From: Armatimonadaceae bacterium
GTDB taxonomy: Bacteria > Armatimonadota > Armatimonadia > Armatimonadales > Armatimonadaceae
DNA length: 64,000 nucleotides
Reading direction: 5' to 3'
Assembly: GCA_030447685.1 (NCBI GenBank)
Contig: JAUJOK010000009.1
Span: forward strand, 4,543 to 68,542
The translations under genes and the position numbers were made by a program. This document shows positions 10,191 through 18,870 of this stretch, one piece after another. The first letter of the stretch is position 1; each line of letters starts with the position of its first letter. The notes under the pieces were generated by a model that saw nothing but the letters and a program-made list of their open reading frames with translations, was not told where the DNA came from and searched no databases.

Positions 10191-11298
10191 GCTCGGCGCG
10201 CTCGACATTCTTTCCAGACAGGCCGTCGCGCAAAAAGCGGCGGCCTGTTTTTGCATTGTTGCAGATAAAATAGCGGAACGAAGCCCTAAATCGGCTGTCT
10301 TTGTTACTGTCAATCGCCTTGAATGAGGCAGTTTAAGAACATACCTGCCCGGATAAACAAAGGCGGCGGACTGTACGGACGGAGAAGTTCCGATACCTGG
10401 GAGTGTCCCTGCTGACCCACGACGGTTACGTTGTTTCGGGGTCCTTGAAGCGGCCAGAAAGAACCGGCGCTTCGCAGGAACATCACAGCATCAGGAGACC
10501 TGTCCGTATGACCAATCGAAGCTTTCCGGCAATACGCGCCGACGACGCCTTTATCAATCGGCGCAACCTGTCCCTCGGTTTTATTCCTTTGCTGGTGCCA
10601 TTCGCGCTTTGCCTGCTGTCTTTGACGCAGCGCCTGCTGCTCGAACCCGAACCCGGTGCGCACATGTCGCCCGTTCAGGCAAGCCTGACGGCGGGCGAAC
10701 TCTGCGAGCAGATCACTGAGAGCGACGCCCAGGCGGGAAAGGCTACGTTTTCCCACGGGTTTTCGCGCAGTAGACACAAGCACATCGGTCAATGGGACGT
10801 TGTCTGCGACACGCCGCAGGGCCAGTACCTTTTTCCGCATCAACGCCGACAACCATCAGGTTTTCGGCATCAATCTGCTGGAAACGGAGAGATCTCCGTC
10901 TGCGGCGGAAACCCGCCTTTCGCGCACCGAAGCGGAAGTTTACAGCCGTCGCTACCTGAACCTGCTGGGCATCAACCCGGATGAACTGCGGCTGGCAAAT
11001 GTGCTGCATGGGAAAGCCAAATCGCAGTGGCACTTTCGCTATCGCATCGCCGCTGCCCGGCCCAAAAAGCGGCCTGCTGATCGTTTCGGTGGAAGATGGC
11101 ACTGGCAAGCTGATCTCCGCCTGGAGCACCGCCACCCTGTTGTAAAGCCGATCTTTTCTGCCTCCTTTCTGCACTGGCCCGGCGTTACGCCGGGCTGTTT
11201 TTGCAACCAGGCCGACGCTTCGCGTGTCTTATCGTCAATGGAAAATCACGCAGGACACAGAGGACGGCAGGGTTAAAGGGAGAGAAGGAGAGCAAACC

Positions 11299-11995
11299 AT
11301 GGGGACGCTGGCGGATCTGCTGGATTGGTGGAATCTGGTCTTCGTGCTGCCTATCACCCTGAGCGTCCTGCTGCTGCTGGCAAGCGCCGTGGGGGGTCTG
11401 GGCGACGGTGACGCGCATGCCCATGCAGACATGGATGCCCATGCCCAGGTGGATGCAGACGGACACGCGGACCACGACGCGGATGCGGACCACCCGCTTG
11501 CCGATGCGCTGAAGTTTGTCGGCGTGGGCGTTGTGCCGATCTCGCTGCTCCTCCAGGCTTTCCTGCTTCTCTTCGGTGTGCTGGGTCTGGCGGCAAACCG
11601 ATCCTGAACACGGCGGCGTCTCCGGAGAGTCTGATCTGGGGGCATTAGGCATCGCCTTTCTGGGAGCGGTGGGAGGCATGGCCGGTATCGGGGCGCTGGG
11701 ACGGCGGTATCTTCCCCAGGATCTGCCCGCAACCGGCAATAAGGATTTGATTGGCCGCGTGGGGCGTGTGGTCTTCACCGTGACAGCCACAGAGGGCACC
11801 ATCCAGGTGCGCGACGCTTCCGGCGCACTGCATCAGGTACCGGCGCGCGTCCCGGCCGGGCATGAGTCGCTCGAAGCGGGCCAGAGATTATCGTCGCGGA
11901 TTACGTGGCCGATACGGGTGCGTTTATCATTGATGAGAGTCCCTTCTCGCTGTCACCGGAGGAGGTCCGGCGCAGCGCCTGAGGGACTGACGTAG
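11299..11995 (+). pseudogene. NfeD/YqiJ-like inner-membrane protein (OB-fold C-terminal domain), apparent +1 frameshift near 11600
   Basis: RBS 'agggagagaaggag' then ATG 11299. TM1 'WWNLVFVLPITLSVLLLLASAV', a His/Asp-rich loop 'DAHAHADMDAHAQVDADGHADHDADADH', TM2, frame change, then 'LGALGIAFLGAVGGMAGIGALG' and a beta-rich C-terminus 'GRVGRVVFTVTATEGTIQVRDASGALHQVPARV'. Sits immediately upstream of the flotillin gene, the usual NfeD/YqiJ-flotillin pairing. Confidence 0.55.
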
Positions 11996-12065
11996 ATACC
12001 TCGGTTCAGGTCGAGGGTGTGGAGATCGCCAGGCGGGGACACGCCTGGCAGTTAGGGAGGTTACT

Positions 12066-14000
12066 GTGGCTCCATTTATTATGATTGCGTTCGGTCTGGG
12101 GCTTATGGTTTTGCCGTTCTTCCTGCCCCAGTTGAGCGGGAACATTATTGCATCTACGGGGATTCAGGTGTTCGGCATCGCTGTCGCCCTGATCGGGGCG
12201 GCGTTCGCCATCCTGGCGAAGTTCTACCGGCGTGCGTCCGCCAACCAGGCGTTCGTGAAAACGGGCATGGGCGGCACCAAAGTCGTCCTGGATAGAGGCA
12301 CCGTCGTCTGGCCCATGCTCCATCAGATCGTTCCGGTCTCGCTGGAAACGATGAAGCTGGAGGTCGAGCGGCGCGGCCCCGATGCGCTGATTACCAAAGA
12401 CAACCTGCGCGTCGATGTTAAGGGCGAGTTCTATATCAAGGTCAAGGGTCTGGAGGAGGACATCCTGAACGCCGCCCGTAGCCTCGGTGAAAAGTCCGTG
12501 AACTCGCATTCTGTCGGTGCCCTGGTTTTCGAGAAGTTGGTTTCCGCCCTGCGCTCCGTCGCCGCCACCAAAGACCTGGTGGAACTGCATACGCAGCGCG
12601 ACGCCTTCGCCTCCGCCGTCCATAACTTAGTCGTCGCCGATTTGCAGCAGAACGGTCTGACGCTGGAATCGGTAACCGTTTCGCGGCTGGACCAGACCGC
12701 GCAGGAACTGCTTTCGGACACGAATATCTTCGATGCCCAGGGTAAGAAGAAGATCACCGAGATCACACAGGCCGCCCTGATCGAGCGCAACCGCATCGAG
12801 CGCGACGCCCAGCGCGAAATCGCCACCAAAGATGTTGCGACGCGACAGGAGGTGCTCGAATTGGAGCGGGCGCGGGCTGAGGCCGAGGCGACTCAGGCCA
12901 ACGAGGTCGCGAACATTCAGGCGCAGCGCCGCCGCGAAACCGAGGCTTTCTCCATCGAGCAGGACCGGGCCGTGAAAGAGGCCGAGATTCAGCGCGAGCT
13001 TTCCATCCAGGCGGCGGCTATCGAGCGAGACAGGGCGCTTATTGCGCGGCAGCGGGAAAAGCAGGAGGCCGATATTCAGCGTGAGCAGGCCGTCGCCGCC
13101 GCCAATATCGCCAAGTCACAGGCTATCGAGGTGCAGGAGCGGCAAAAAGAGGTGGCGGTCGCCGAGCAGGAGGCGGCGCGCGCCCGCGCCGAGCAGACTG
13201 CCCTGGTTGCCCAGGCCGAGCGCGAGCAGGCAAGTCAGGATGTTATCAAGGTCCAGCAGATTTCGGAAGCCGAGCGCGAGGCGAAAAAGAAGCTGATTGC
13301 TGCCCAGCAGTTAATCGACCAGGACAAGATCAAGCGCCAGACGGAGGCCGAAGTGGCCGCCTTCGCGCAGATTCGGCAGGCCGAGGCGATTCAGGCGGCG
13401 GCGGAAAAAGAAGCGACCGCCAAGCTGCGGCTGGCCCAGGCCGAGGCGCAGGGCCGGGAGATGGCCGCGAAAGGCGACCGCGCCCTGCAAATGGTGGCCG
13501 TGGATGTCGCCCGCGAGCAGGTCAATGTCGAGCAGGCGCGTGTGGAGGTAGAGCGGCAGGCGCTGGAAAACAAGCAGACCTTCTCGGAAGCCGCGCTTGC
13601 GTTCGAACTGGACAAGCTGCGGGTCGAGGCGGGCCGCGACGTTCAGGCGCAGATGGCGAAAAGCATCGGCGAGTTCATGAGCAAGGGCCAGTTCACCATC
13701 TACGGCGACCCGACGACCATGGCGCAGATGATGAACCAGTATTCCAAGGGCATGGGTATCGGCTCCTTCGTCAACGGCCTGACGACGGGCACGCCTGACG
13801 GCACGAAGGCGGTTCTGGGCGAAGTGGCGCAGGAGGTAGCCCATATCGTGGAGCGGTTCACCGGCAAAACGCTCTCCTCCGAGCAGGCCCGCGAATTAGC
13901 CACCCGCTTCGCCGACGGCGTCCGTCAGGACGATGCGGCCACTATTCCGGCTGCCAGTAACGGCCTGCCCCCCACCCCACCGGAAAACGGCGCGAAATAG
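12066..14000 (+). CDS. flotillin-like SPFH/band-7 protein with long C-terminal coiled coil (YqiK-like)
   Basis: 644 aa. N-terminal TM hairpin, SPFH domain ('ITKDNLRVDVKGEFYIKVKG...VTVSRLDQT'), then an extended EA-rich coiled coil. 'gggagg' RBS 5 nt before GTG 12066. Confidence 0.9.
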   Translation: MAPFIMIAFGLGLMVLPFFLPQLSGNIIASTGIQVFGIAVALIGAAFAILAKFYRRASANQAFVKTGMGGTKVVLDRGTVVWPMLHQIVPVSLETMKLEVERRGPDALITKDNLRVDVKGEFYIKVKGLEEDILNAARSLGEKSVNSHSVGALVFEKLVSALRSVAATKDLVELHTQRDAFASAVHNLVVADLQQNGLTLESVTVSRLDQTAQELLSDTNIFDAQGKKKITEITQAALIERNRIERDAQREIATKDVATRQEVLELERARAEAEATQANEVANIQAQRRRETEAFSIEQDRAVKEAEIQRELSIQAAAIERDRALIARQREKQEADIQREQAVAAANIAKSQAIEVQERQKEVAVAEQEAARARAEQTALVAQAEREQASQDVIKVQQISEAEREAKKKLIAAQQLIDQDKIKRQTEAEVAAFAQIRQAEAIQAAAEKEATAKLRLAQAEAQGREMAAKGDRALQMVAVDVAREQVNVEQARVEVERQALENKQTFSEAALAFELDKLRVEAGRDVQAQMAKSIGEFMSKGQFTIYGDPTTMAQMMNQYSKGMGIGSFVNGLTTGTPDGTKAVLGEVAQEVAHIVERFTGKTLSSEQARELATRFADGVRQDDAATIPAASNGLPPTPPENGAK

Positions 14001-14018
14001 GCGTCTCCAAGCAAAAAA

Positions 14019-14050
14019 GCCTGCCCTGGCAGCCAGGGCAGGCTTTTTTG
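14019..14050. terminator. bidirectional Rho-independent terminator between convergent flotillin and flhB-like genes
   Basis: 'caAAAAAA GCCTGCCCTGG cag CCAGGGCAGGC TTTTTTg': perfect 11-bp GC stem with a 3-nt loop, A-tract on the 5' side and T-tract on the 3' side. Confidence 0.8.
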
Positions 14051-14196
14051 CGGGGCGGTCGTCGCCGGCCCGGTAAATGACCCGTCTCCGGGATAAGCGT
14101 CCTTCGGACGCGCCAACGCTTACCTGGTTGGCCTATTGCCCGTCCGGCAGGACGGTTGCCTTTGGAAGACGGGTCGTTTATCGGCCCGGCAGCACG

Positions 14197-14469
14197 CTAC
14201 GGCGTGGCGTCGAGGCGGTAGATGTAGGCCAGCACCTCGGCGACGGCGCGGTAGAGTTCGGGGGGAATGGAGTCGCCGAGGTCGAGATGGGCGAGCGCGG
14301 TAGTTAAAGCTTCGTCCTGGCGGATGGCGACGCCGGTCTCTTCGGCGCGGCGCACAATGATGTCGGCGACGCTGCCCCGGCCCGTGGCGACGACGCGCGG
14401 CGCGGCGTCCTTGTTCTGGTCGTAGCGCAGGGCGACGGCGGTGCCGGTCTTAGGTGGTTGATCAGGCAT
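14197..14469 (-). CDS. FlhB/EscU C-terminal-domain-like small protein (YlqH-like)
   Basis: 90 aa: 'AVALRYDQNKDAAPRVVATGRGSVADIIVRRAEETGVAIRQDEALTTALAHLDLGDSIPPELYRAVAEVLAYIYRL' matches the FlhB C-terminal (post-NPTH) domain family. Confidence 0.75.
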   Translation of the reverse strand: MPDQPPKTGTAVALRYDQNKDAAPRVVATGRGSVADIIVRRAEETGVAIRQDEALTTALAHLDLGDSIPPELYRAVAEVLAYIYRLDATP

Positions 14470-14474
14470 ATCGG

Positions 14475-15719
14475 TTATACGCGCAGATCCAGGGCGCGCA
14501 GCGGGCGCGTGGCGGCGGCGCGCGGCGGCGGGGGCGCGGACGGTTCAGGCAGGGTTTCGGCGGCCTGCGCCTTTGCCGTCGGGTTCACAAAGCCCGCCTG
14601 TTCCAGCGCCTCAGTCAGGTTGCCGACGCTGCGCTCGATACGACGCGTCCCTTCCTCATCGGTGGCGGCAAGGCGGCAGGACAGGCGGCCATCGGCGGAT
14701 AGGTGCAGCCGCGCCGTCACCATGCCCAGCCGTGAGGTCGGAATATGCAGCGTCGCCCCGGCTTTGGGACTTGTGTCCGCGCTGCCTCCGTTTTCTTCCT
14801 CGTTATCTTCTTTTGCCTCGTCCTCGGTAATGCGCGGTTTCAGGTGCATCTCCACGTACTGCGAGCGCGCTCCGGTCGCGGCCACGAAAGCGACTAAAAT
14901 CGAGCCGTCTCCGCCGGGGCGTCCTGCCCGCGCCGCATTGGTCAGCATCTGGCCCTCCAGGTGGCGCGCTGCCGCTTCGGCATCGGCATCCCCGCCCATC
15001 GCGCGGCGCAGCATGTGCGAGCGCAGGTCGGTGCGCGCGCCGTCGATGTCGCCGCGCAGCAGCTTATGTTCCACACTTTCGGTCGCCGCCTGCGCCGCCA
15101 TCTGCAAGTGCGTCGCGATGCCTGCCGTATCGGGCCGCATCGGCACCGTGATCGTCAGCAGCGATGTATCCGTGCGCGCCGTGAGCAGCGTGTCCAGCGC
15201 GCGCAGCACCGCCGGAGACGGCGCAAGCTCCAGCGACTTCGCCAGCGCCACGGTTTCGGGCAGACGAACTACACGCGACGCCACCCCGCGCCGCACGTCG
15301 GACAGATTTTCGGCGGTCAGCGTAATGCCAAAGCGCACCAATGCCTGCGCCGCCTGCATGTTTCGCTCGTCCGGCGTCACCCCCAGGGCGTTCAGCGCGG
15401 CGGCCAGCCCCTGGCGCACGGCGGACGCCTGCCCCAGCGCCGTCGTCGCGCCGGAGGCTTCTGCCACATCCAGACGGCGCAGTACCAGCGACCCCGGCCC
15501 CACCGACAGCACTTGCAGAGAAAGCGTCTGCCCCGGTGTCAGTCGGTTAGCGGGCGTCGTCTCCACGCGCACCGTGCGTCCGGCCACCGCAATCAATGCG
15601 TTGCCCGCGTCCGCGCTGACCACGCGCCCTGTCAGCGTCTGCCCCGCTTCCAGCGGCGGCGCAGCCGCGCCGATATTTTGCAGCCCGGCAACGGGCCTTG
15701 CAGTAAGCACCGGGGACAC
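14475..15719 (-). CDS. FliK-like hook-length-control-family protein (Flg_hook C-terminal domain)
   Basis: 414 aa, Ala/Pro-rich. C-terminus 'ATLHIPTSRLGMVTARLHLSADGRLSCRLAATDEEGTRRIERSVGNLTEALEQAGF' resembles the FliK Flg_hook domain. Directly upstream of the FlhB-C-like gene (6-nt gap). Confidence 0.55.
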   Translation of the reverse strand: MSPVLTARPVAGLQNIGAAAPPLEAGQTLTGRVVSADAGNALIAVAGRTVRVETTPANRLTPGQTLSLQVLSVGPGSLVLRRLDVAEASGATTALGQASAVRQGLAAALNALGVTPDERNMQAAQALVRFGITLTAENLSDVRRGVASRVVRLPETVALAKSLELAPSPAVLRALDTLLTARTDTSLLTITVPMRPDTAGIATHLQMAAQAATESVEHKLLRGDIDGARTDLRSHMLRRAMGGDADAEAAARHLEGQMLTNAARAGRPGGDGSILVAFVAATGARSQYVEMHLKPRITEDEAKEDNEEENGGSADTSPKAGATLHIPTSRLGMVTARLHLSADGRLSCRLAATDEEGTRRIERSVGNLTEALEQAGFVNPTAKAQAAETLPEPSAPPPPRAAATRPLRALDLRV

Positions 15720-15850
15720 GGGAGTTATGCGTGGCGAGTTTATTTCCTTATCCCCTCAGCAAAGTCCCCGGTGGAGGAAGCAGACGGCAGCGCGTCGAAA
15801 TTCCCCACCGACGGGTATTACCATTATAGGCAAAAAGGCGGGCGTTTCCT

Positions 15851-17284
15851 ATGGCAATCGCAAGTAATAAAATCGCATTCGGTACGGACGGCTGGCGCGC
15901 GATCATGGCGCGTGAATTTACCTTTGACAACGTTGCGCTTGTGGCGCAGGCGATTGCGACACATGTGCAGGGAACGGGCAAGGCGCAGAAGGGCGTGGTC
16001 ATCGGCTACGACGCCCGCTTTCTGTCCGATCAGTTCGCCGCGCTGGTGGCCGATGTGCTGTCCGCGAACGGTATTCCGGCCCTGGTGCCCGACCGGGACA
16101 CGCCGACGCCCGTCACGGCCTACACCGTGCGTGCCCGCGACCTTGCCGGGGCGGTGATGCTGACGGCCTCGCACAACCCGCCCGAATACAATGGCATCAA
16201 GTTTATCCCCGACTACTGCCACCCCGCGCTGCCGGACGTGACCGACGCCATCACCGCCACCATTCAAAAACTGCAGGCAGGCGACGGCACGGTACGCACA
16301 GGCGGCGGCAAGCCGGAGATCATCGACCCGAAGCCCGACTACTTCGCGCATGTGCGCCAGTTGATCGATATGGAGGCTATCGGCAAAGCGGGCCTAAAGA
16401 TATGGGTAGACCCCTTGCACGCCACCGGACGCGGTTATTTGAGCGAGATTCTGCGCGAGGCGGGCTGCGAAGTGCATACGATGAACAACGAGCGCAACCC
16501 GCTTTTTGGCGGCTCGCTGCCGGAGCCGAACGAAAAGAACCTGGCGGCGCTTTCGGCGAAGGTGCGCGAGACCGGCGCGAACCTGGGCCTTTCGATGGAC
16601 GGCGACGCCGACCGATTCGGCATGGTGGACGCGACCGGCCAGTACATCACGTCGAACCAGGTGATCGCGCTTGTTTTCTATCACTGGATCAAGACGCGCC
16701 ACAATTCCGGCTCCGTCGTCCGCACAGTGGCGACTTCGGGCCTGATCGACGCCATCGCGGAGAAGTTCGGCTTCAATGTCATCGAGACGCCGGTCGGCTT
16801 CAAGTGGGTCGGCAATGCGCTGAACACAACGGATGCGATTGTCGGCGGCGAGGAGTCCGGCGGCCTGAGTGTGAAGGGCCATATCCCCGAGAAGGACGGT
16901 ATCGTCGCTGACCTGGTGATTACCGAGCAGGTGGCGAAGACGGGCAGGACGCCACTGGAGACGCTGGCCGAGCTGCGCGCGATGGTCGGCGACTTTTTGA
17001 CGACGCGGGTGGACGTGAAGCTGACCGAGGCATCCAAGCAGGCGCTGATGGCCCGCCTGCGCGACGAGACGCCTGGCACGGTAGCGGGTCTGCCCGTCCG
17101 CTCCGTCTCGAAGGTGGACGGCGTGAAGATGGTGCGCGAGGACGCCTCCTGGCTGCTCATCCGTCCGTCGGGAACGGAGCCGCTGGTGCGCTGCTACATC
17201 GAGGCCCGCTCCGAGCAGGCCGTCGCCGACCTGAAGCAGGCCGTCCACGACCTCATCCCCGATGGACAGCCCGCCGACCATTGA
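15851..17284 (+). CDS. phosphoglucomutase/phosphomannomutase family protein
   Basis: 477 aa; active-site loop 'TASHNPPEYNGIKF', 'FGTDGWRA' at the N-terminus, Mg loop 'DGDADRFGMVD'. Confidence 0.9.
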   Translation: MAIASNKIAFGTDGWRAIMAREFTFDNVALVAQAIATHVQGTGKAQKGVVIGYDARFLSDQFAALVADVLSANGIPALVPDRDTPTPVTAYTVRARDLAGAVMLTASHNPPEYNGIKFIPDYCHPALPDVTDAITATIQKLQAGDGTVRTGGGKPEIIDPKPDYFAHVRQLIDMEAIGKAGLKIWVDPLHATGRGYLSEILREAGCEVHTMNNERNPLFGGSLPEPNEKNLAALSAKVRETGANLGLSMDGDADRFGMVDATGQYITSNQVIALVFYHWIKTRHNSGSVVRTVATSGLIDAIAEKFGFNVIETPVGFKWVGNALNTTDAIVGGEESGGLSVKGHIPEKDGIVADLVITEQVAKTGRTPLETLAELRAMVGDFLTTRVDVKLTEASKQALMARLRDETPGTVAGLPVRSVSKVDGVKMVREDASWLLIRPSGTEPLVRCYIEARSEQAVADLKQAVHDLIPDGQPADH

Positions 17285-17294
17285 CACCATACCG

Positions 17295-17525
17295 ATGAAA
17301 CGAATCTTTGTGAGTCCTATCCTGCGTGCGCTCTGGTTCGCTACGTTTTGTACCGCGTGGGCCGTTTATTTTTACTTTCGTGGGCAGTCCGGCAAGGTGT
17401 TAGCTCGGTTCGTTTCCTATTCTGCTGTGGGACTCTTCGCGCTCCTAAGCCTAGTGTGGTGGTGGCTCTTTATTCGCTCGCTTTCTGCTCGAAGCCGCGA
17501 ACATCATAAAGAAAGCCATCTGTGA
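17295..17525 (+). CDS. small two-TM membrane protein, hypothetical
   Basis: 'MKRIFVSPILRALWFATFCTAWAVYFYF' and 'VSYSAVGLFALLSLVWWWLFI'. Overlaps the pgm 3' end in a different frame. Confidence 0.4.
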   Translation: MKRIFVSPILRALWFATFCTAWAVYFYFRGQSGKVLARFVSYSAVGLFALLSLVWWWLFIRSLSARSREHHKESHL

Positions 17526-17869
17526 ATCTCCTTCTCCACATCACTTCGCGACCGGACTGGGAACTTGCCGAACGTGACGGTATCTATCGCGCGGCTTCGC
17601 TCGATACGGAGGGCTTTATCCACTGCTCGACGCCCGCGCAGGTGGTCGGCACGGCGAACCGGTTTTATCGGGGGCAGACAGGGCTGGTTCTGCTGGTGAT
17701 CGATGCCGAAAAGCTCCAGGCCGAGGTGCGCTACGAGGCCGCCGACGGGCAGATGTTCCCCCACCTCTATGGCCCGCTGAACGTGGATGCCGTGACGCGC
17801 GTTCTTCCTTTGGAGCCGGGGACGGATGGCACTTTTGCCTTACCGGAGGCGCTCACGGGTGAATCCTGA
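17522..17869 (+). CDS. DUF952 family protein
   Basis: 115 aa with 'FIHCSTPAQVVGTANRFYRGQTGLVLLVIDAEKLQAEVRYE...FPHLYGPL', typical of DUF952. GTG start overlaps the upstream stop. Confidence 0.7.
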   Translation: MNLLLHITSRPDWELAERDGIYRAASLDTEGFIHCSTPAQVVGTANRFYRGQTGLVLLVIDAEKLQAEVRYEAADGQMFPHLYGPLNVDAVTRVLPLEPGTDGTFALPEALTGES

Positions 17870-18737
17870 TAAGACACCAGACAAAAACCTGGTGGATGCG
17901 CTCTTCGACCTGCCGTTCTTCAAAGACCTGCTCGGCAGACTGCCCAAAAGCGCCGGGCCGGTGCTGGTTCCGCTTGCCAAGCTGCTGATACTGTTCCTCC
18001 TTTTCCTGCTGGTGCGCTTCCTGTTCGGACGCCTCATCAACCGGACTGTCCAGGCAGTAGCGGAGCGTGAGGATATAGCAGGCAATGAGGGACGCGCGGC
18101 GCGCATCCGCACGCTGGGAAGCCTGATTAAAAGCATCATCTCCTACACGCTGGCGTTTCTGTTTATGGTTGCCGCGCTGGGGACACTGGGCTTCAATGTG
18201 GCGGGCGTGCTGGGAACGGCGGGGGTTGCGGGGCTGGCAGTGGGATTCGGGGCGCAGAAGCTGGTCAAGGACGTTATTTCAGGATTCTTTCTGCTGCTGG
18301 AAGATCAGTACGCGGTCGGCGACTATGTGACCATCAACACCATATCCGGCACGGTCGAAGAGTTGGGGATGCGGATCACGCGCCTGCGCGACGAGGATGG
18401 ACGTCTGTATATCCTGGCGAACGGGGATATTAACCAGGTATGCAACCAGTCGCGCGGCCCCATCGGCGGGATGCTGGAGATTGCCGTGGCCGCGTCGGCG
18501 GATACGCAGCAGGCCATAGAGGTACTGACTGCCGCTTTCACCCAGGCCGGGAAAGATACCACGCCGGGCCTAACGGAGCCGCCGCGCGTGGAAGGAATTG
18601 CGGCGGCGGACGCGACAAAGACAGTGCTGCGTATCCGTTTCCGCGCCGATGAGCAGGAACGTCCGGAGCGTGTTGCCCTGCGCCTGCGCGAAACGGCGCG
18701 ACAGGCCCTTCGGGCGGCGCAGATACCGCTGGCTTGA
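17826..18737 (+). CDS. mscS: small-conductance mechanosensitive channel (MscS family)
   Basis: TM helices then the MscS beta-domain 'YAVGDYVTINTISGTVEELGMRITRLRDEDGRLYILANGDI'. An alternative GTG start at 17859 has a better RBS ('ggagg'). Confidence 0.85.
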   Translation: MALLPYRRRSRVNPDKTPDKNLVDALFDLPFFKDLLGRLPKSAGPVLVPLAKLLILFLLFLLVRFLFGRLINRTVQAVAEREDIAGNEGRAARIRTLGSLIKSIISYTLAFLFMVAALGTLGFNVAGVLGTAGVAGLAVGFGAQKLVKDVISGFFLLLEDQYAVGDYVTINTISGTVEELGMRITRLRDEDGRLYILANGDINQVCNQSRGPIGGMLEIAVAASADTQQAIEVLTAAFTQAGKDTTPGLTEPPRVEGIAAADATKTVLRIRFRADEQERPERVALRLRETARQALRAAQIPLA

Positions 18738-18747
18738 GCGCCGATGT

Positions 18748-18776
18748 TTGACAACCCCTCCCGGTAGGGCTATAAT
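18748..18776 (+). promoter_or_regulatory. consensus sigma70-type promoter for hrcA-grpE
   Basis: TTGACA (18748-18753), exactly 17 nt spacer, TATAAT (18771-18776); 95 nt upstream of the hrcA ATG. Confidence 0.6.
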
Positions 18777-18804
18777 TTTGTATAGGCCGTCGTTCCCTGG
18801 CACG

Positions 18805-18836
18805 GGTGAGGCGACCGCGAGCGCCGCTCGCTCACC
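18805..18836 (+). promoter_or_regulatory. GC-rich inverted repeat in the hrcA 5' leader (operator-like; not a canonical CIRCE)
   Basis: 'GGTGAG gcgacc GCGAG cgccg CTCGC TCACC': nested inverted repeat between the promoter and the start codon. Confidence 0.4.
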
Positions 18837-18870
18837 GCGATGCGATTCTGATGAGGCCATTCCCGAACGT

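Larger units (their letters stand above)
8048..11200. other. lower-GC stretch (about 8.05-9.3 kb) followed by decayed ORF fragments with multiple frameshifts
   Basis: Only short ORFs in mixed frames. Protein-like text continues across frame changes, e.g. '...LSNAFLAVEGADGITATAPLG' / 'IANTEGKVVLELSAPTTTAVTFT' / 'VNSLDGKMRVTMGCDLHGGWLDIIHAG...' at 8749-9217(-). Also 'MAMRLSSREWTLFAAGLGTFCLLVFLAAV' then frameshift to '...AFSLTVDEQGLRSDWRSPEENGSLRIDVNNGGLQIRAKG' at 9293-9690(-). Also a signal-peptide ORF at 10508 ending '...SGLLIVSVEDGTGKLISAWSTATLL*' at 11147 after at least 2 frame changes. Confidence 0.4.

Noticed and set aside
14458-16157. 469-aa and 398-aa plus-strand ORFs
   Set aside because: Antisense to the FliK-like gene or out of frame with pgm; Ser/Ala/Arg low-complexity.
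18740-18870. Canonical CIRCE operator upstream of hrcA
   Set aside because: No TTAGCACTC-N9-GAGTGCTAA-like sequence is visible; only a different GC-rich inverted repeat is present.
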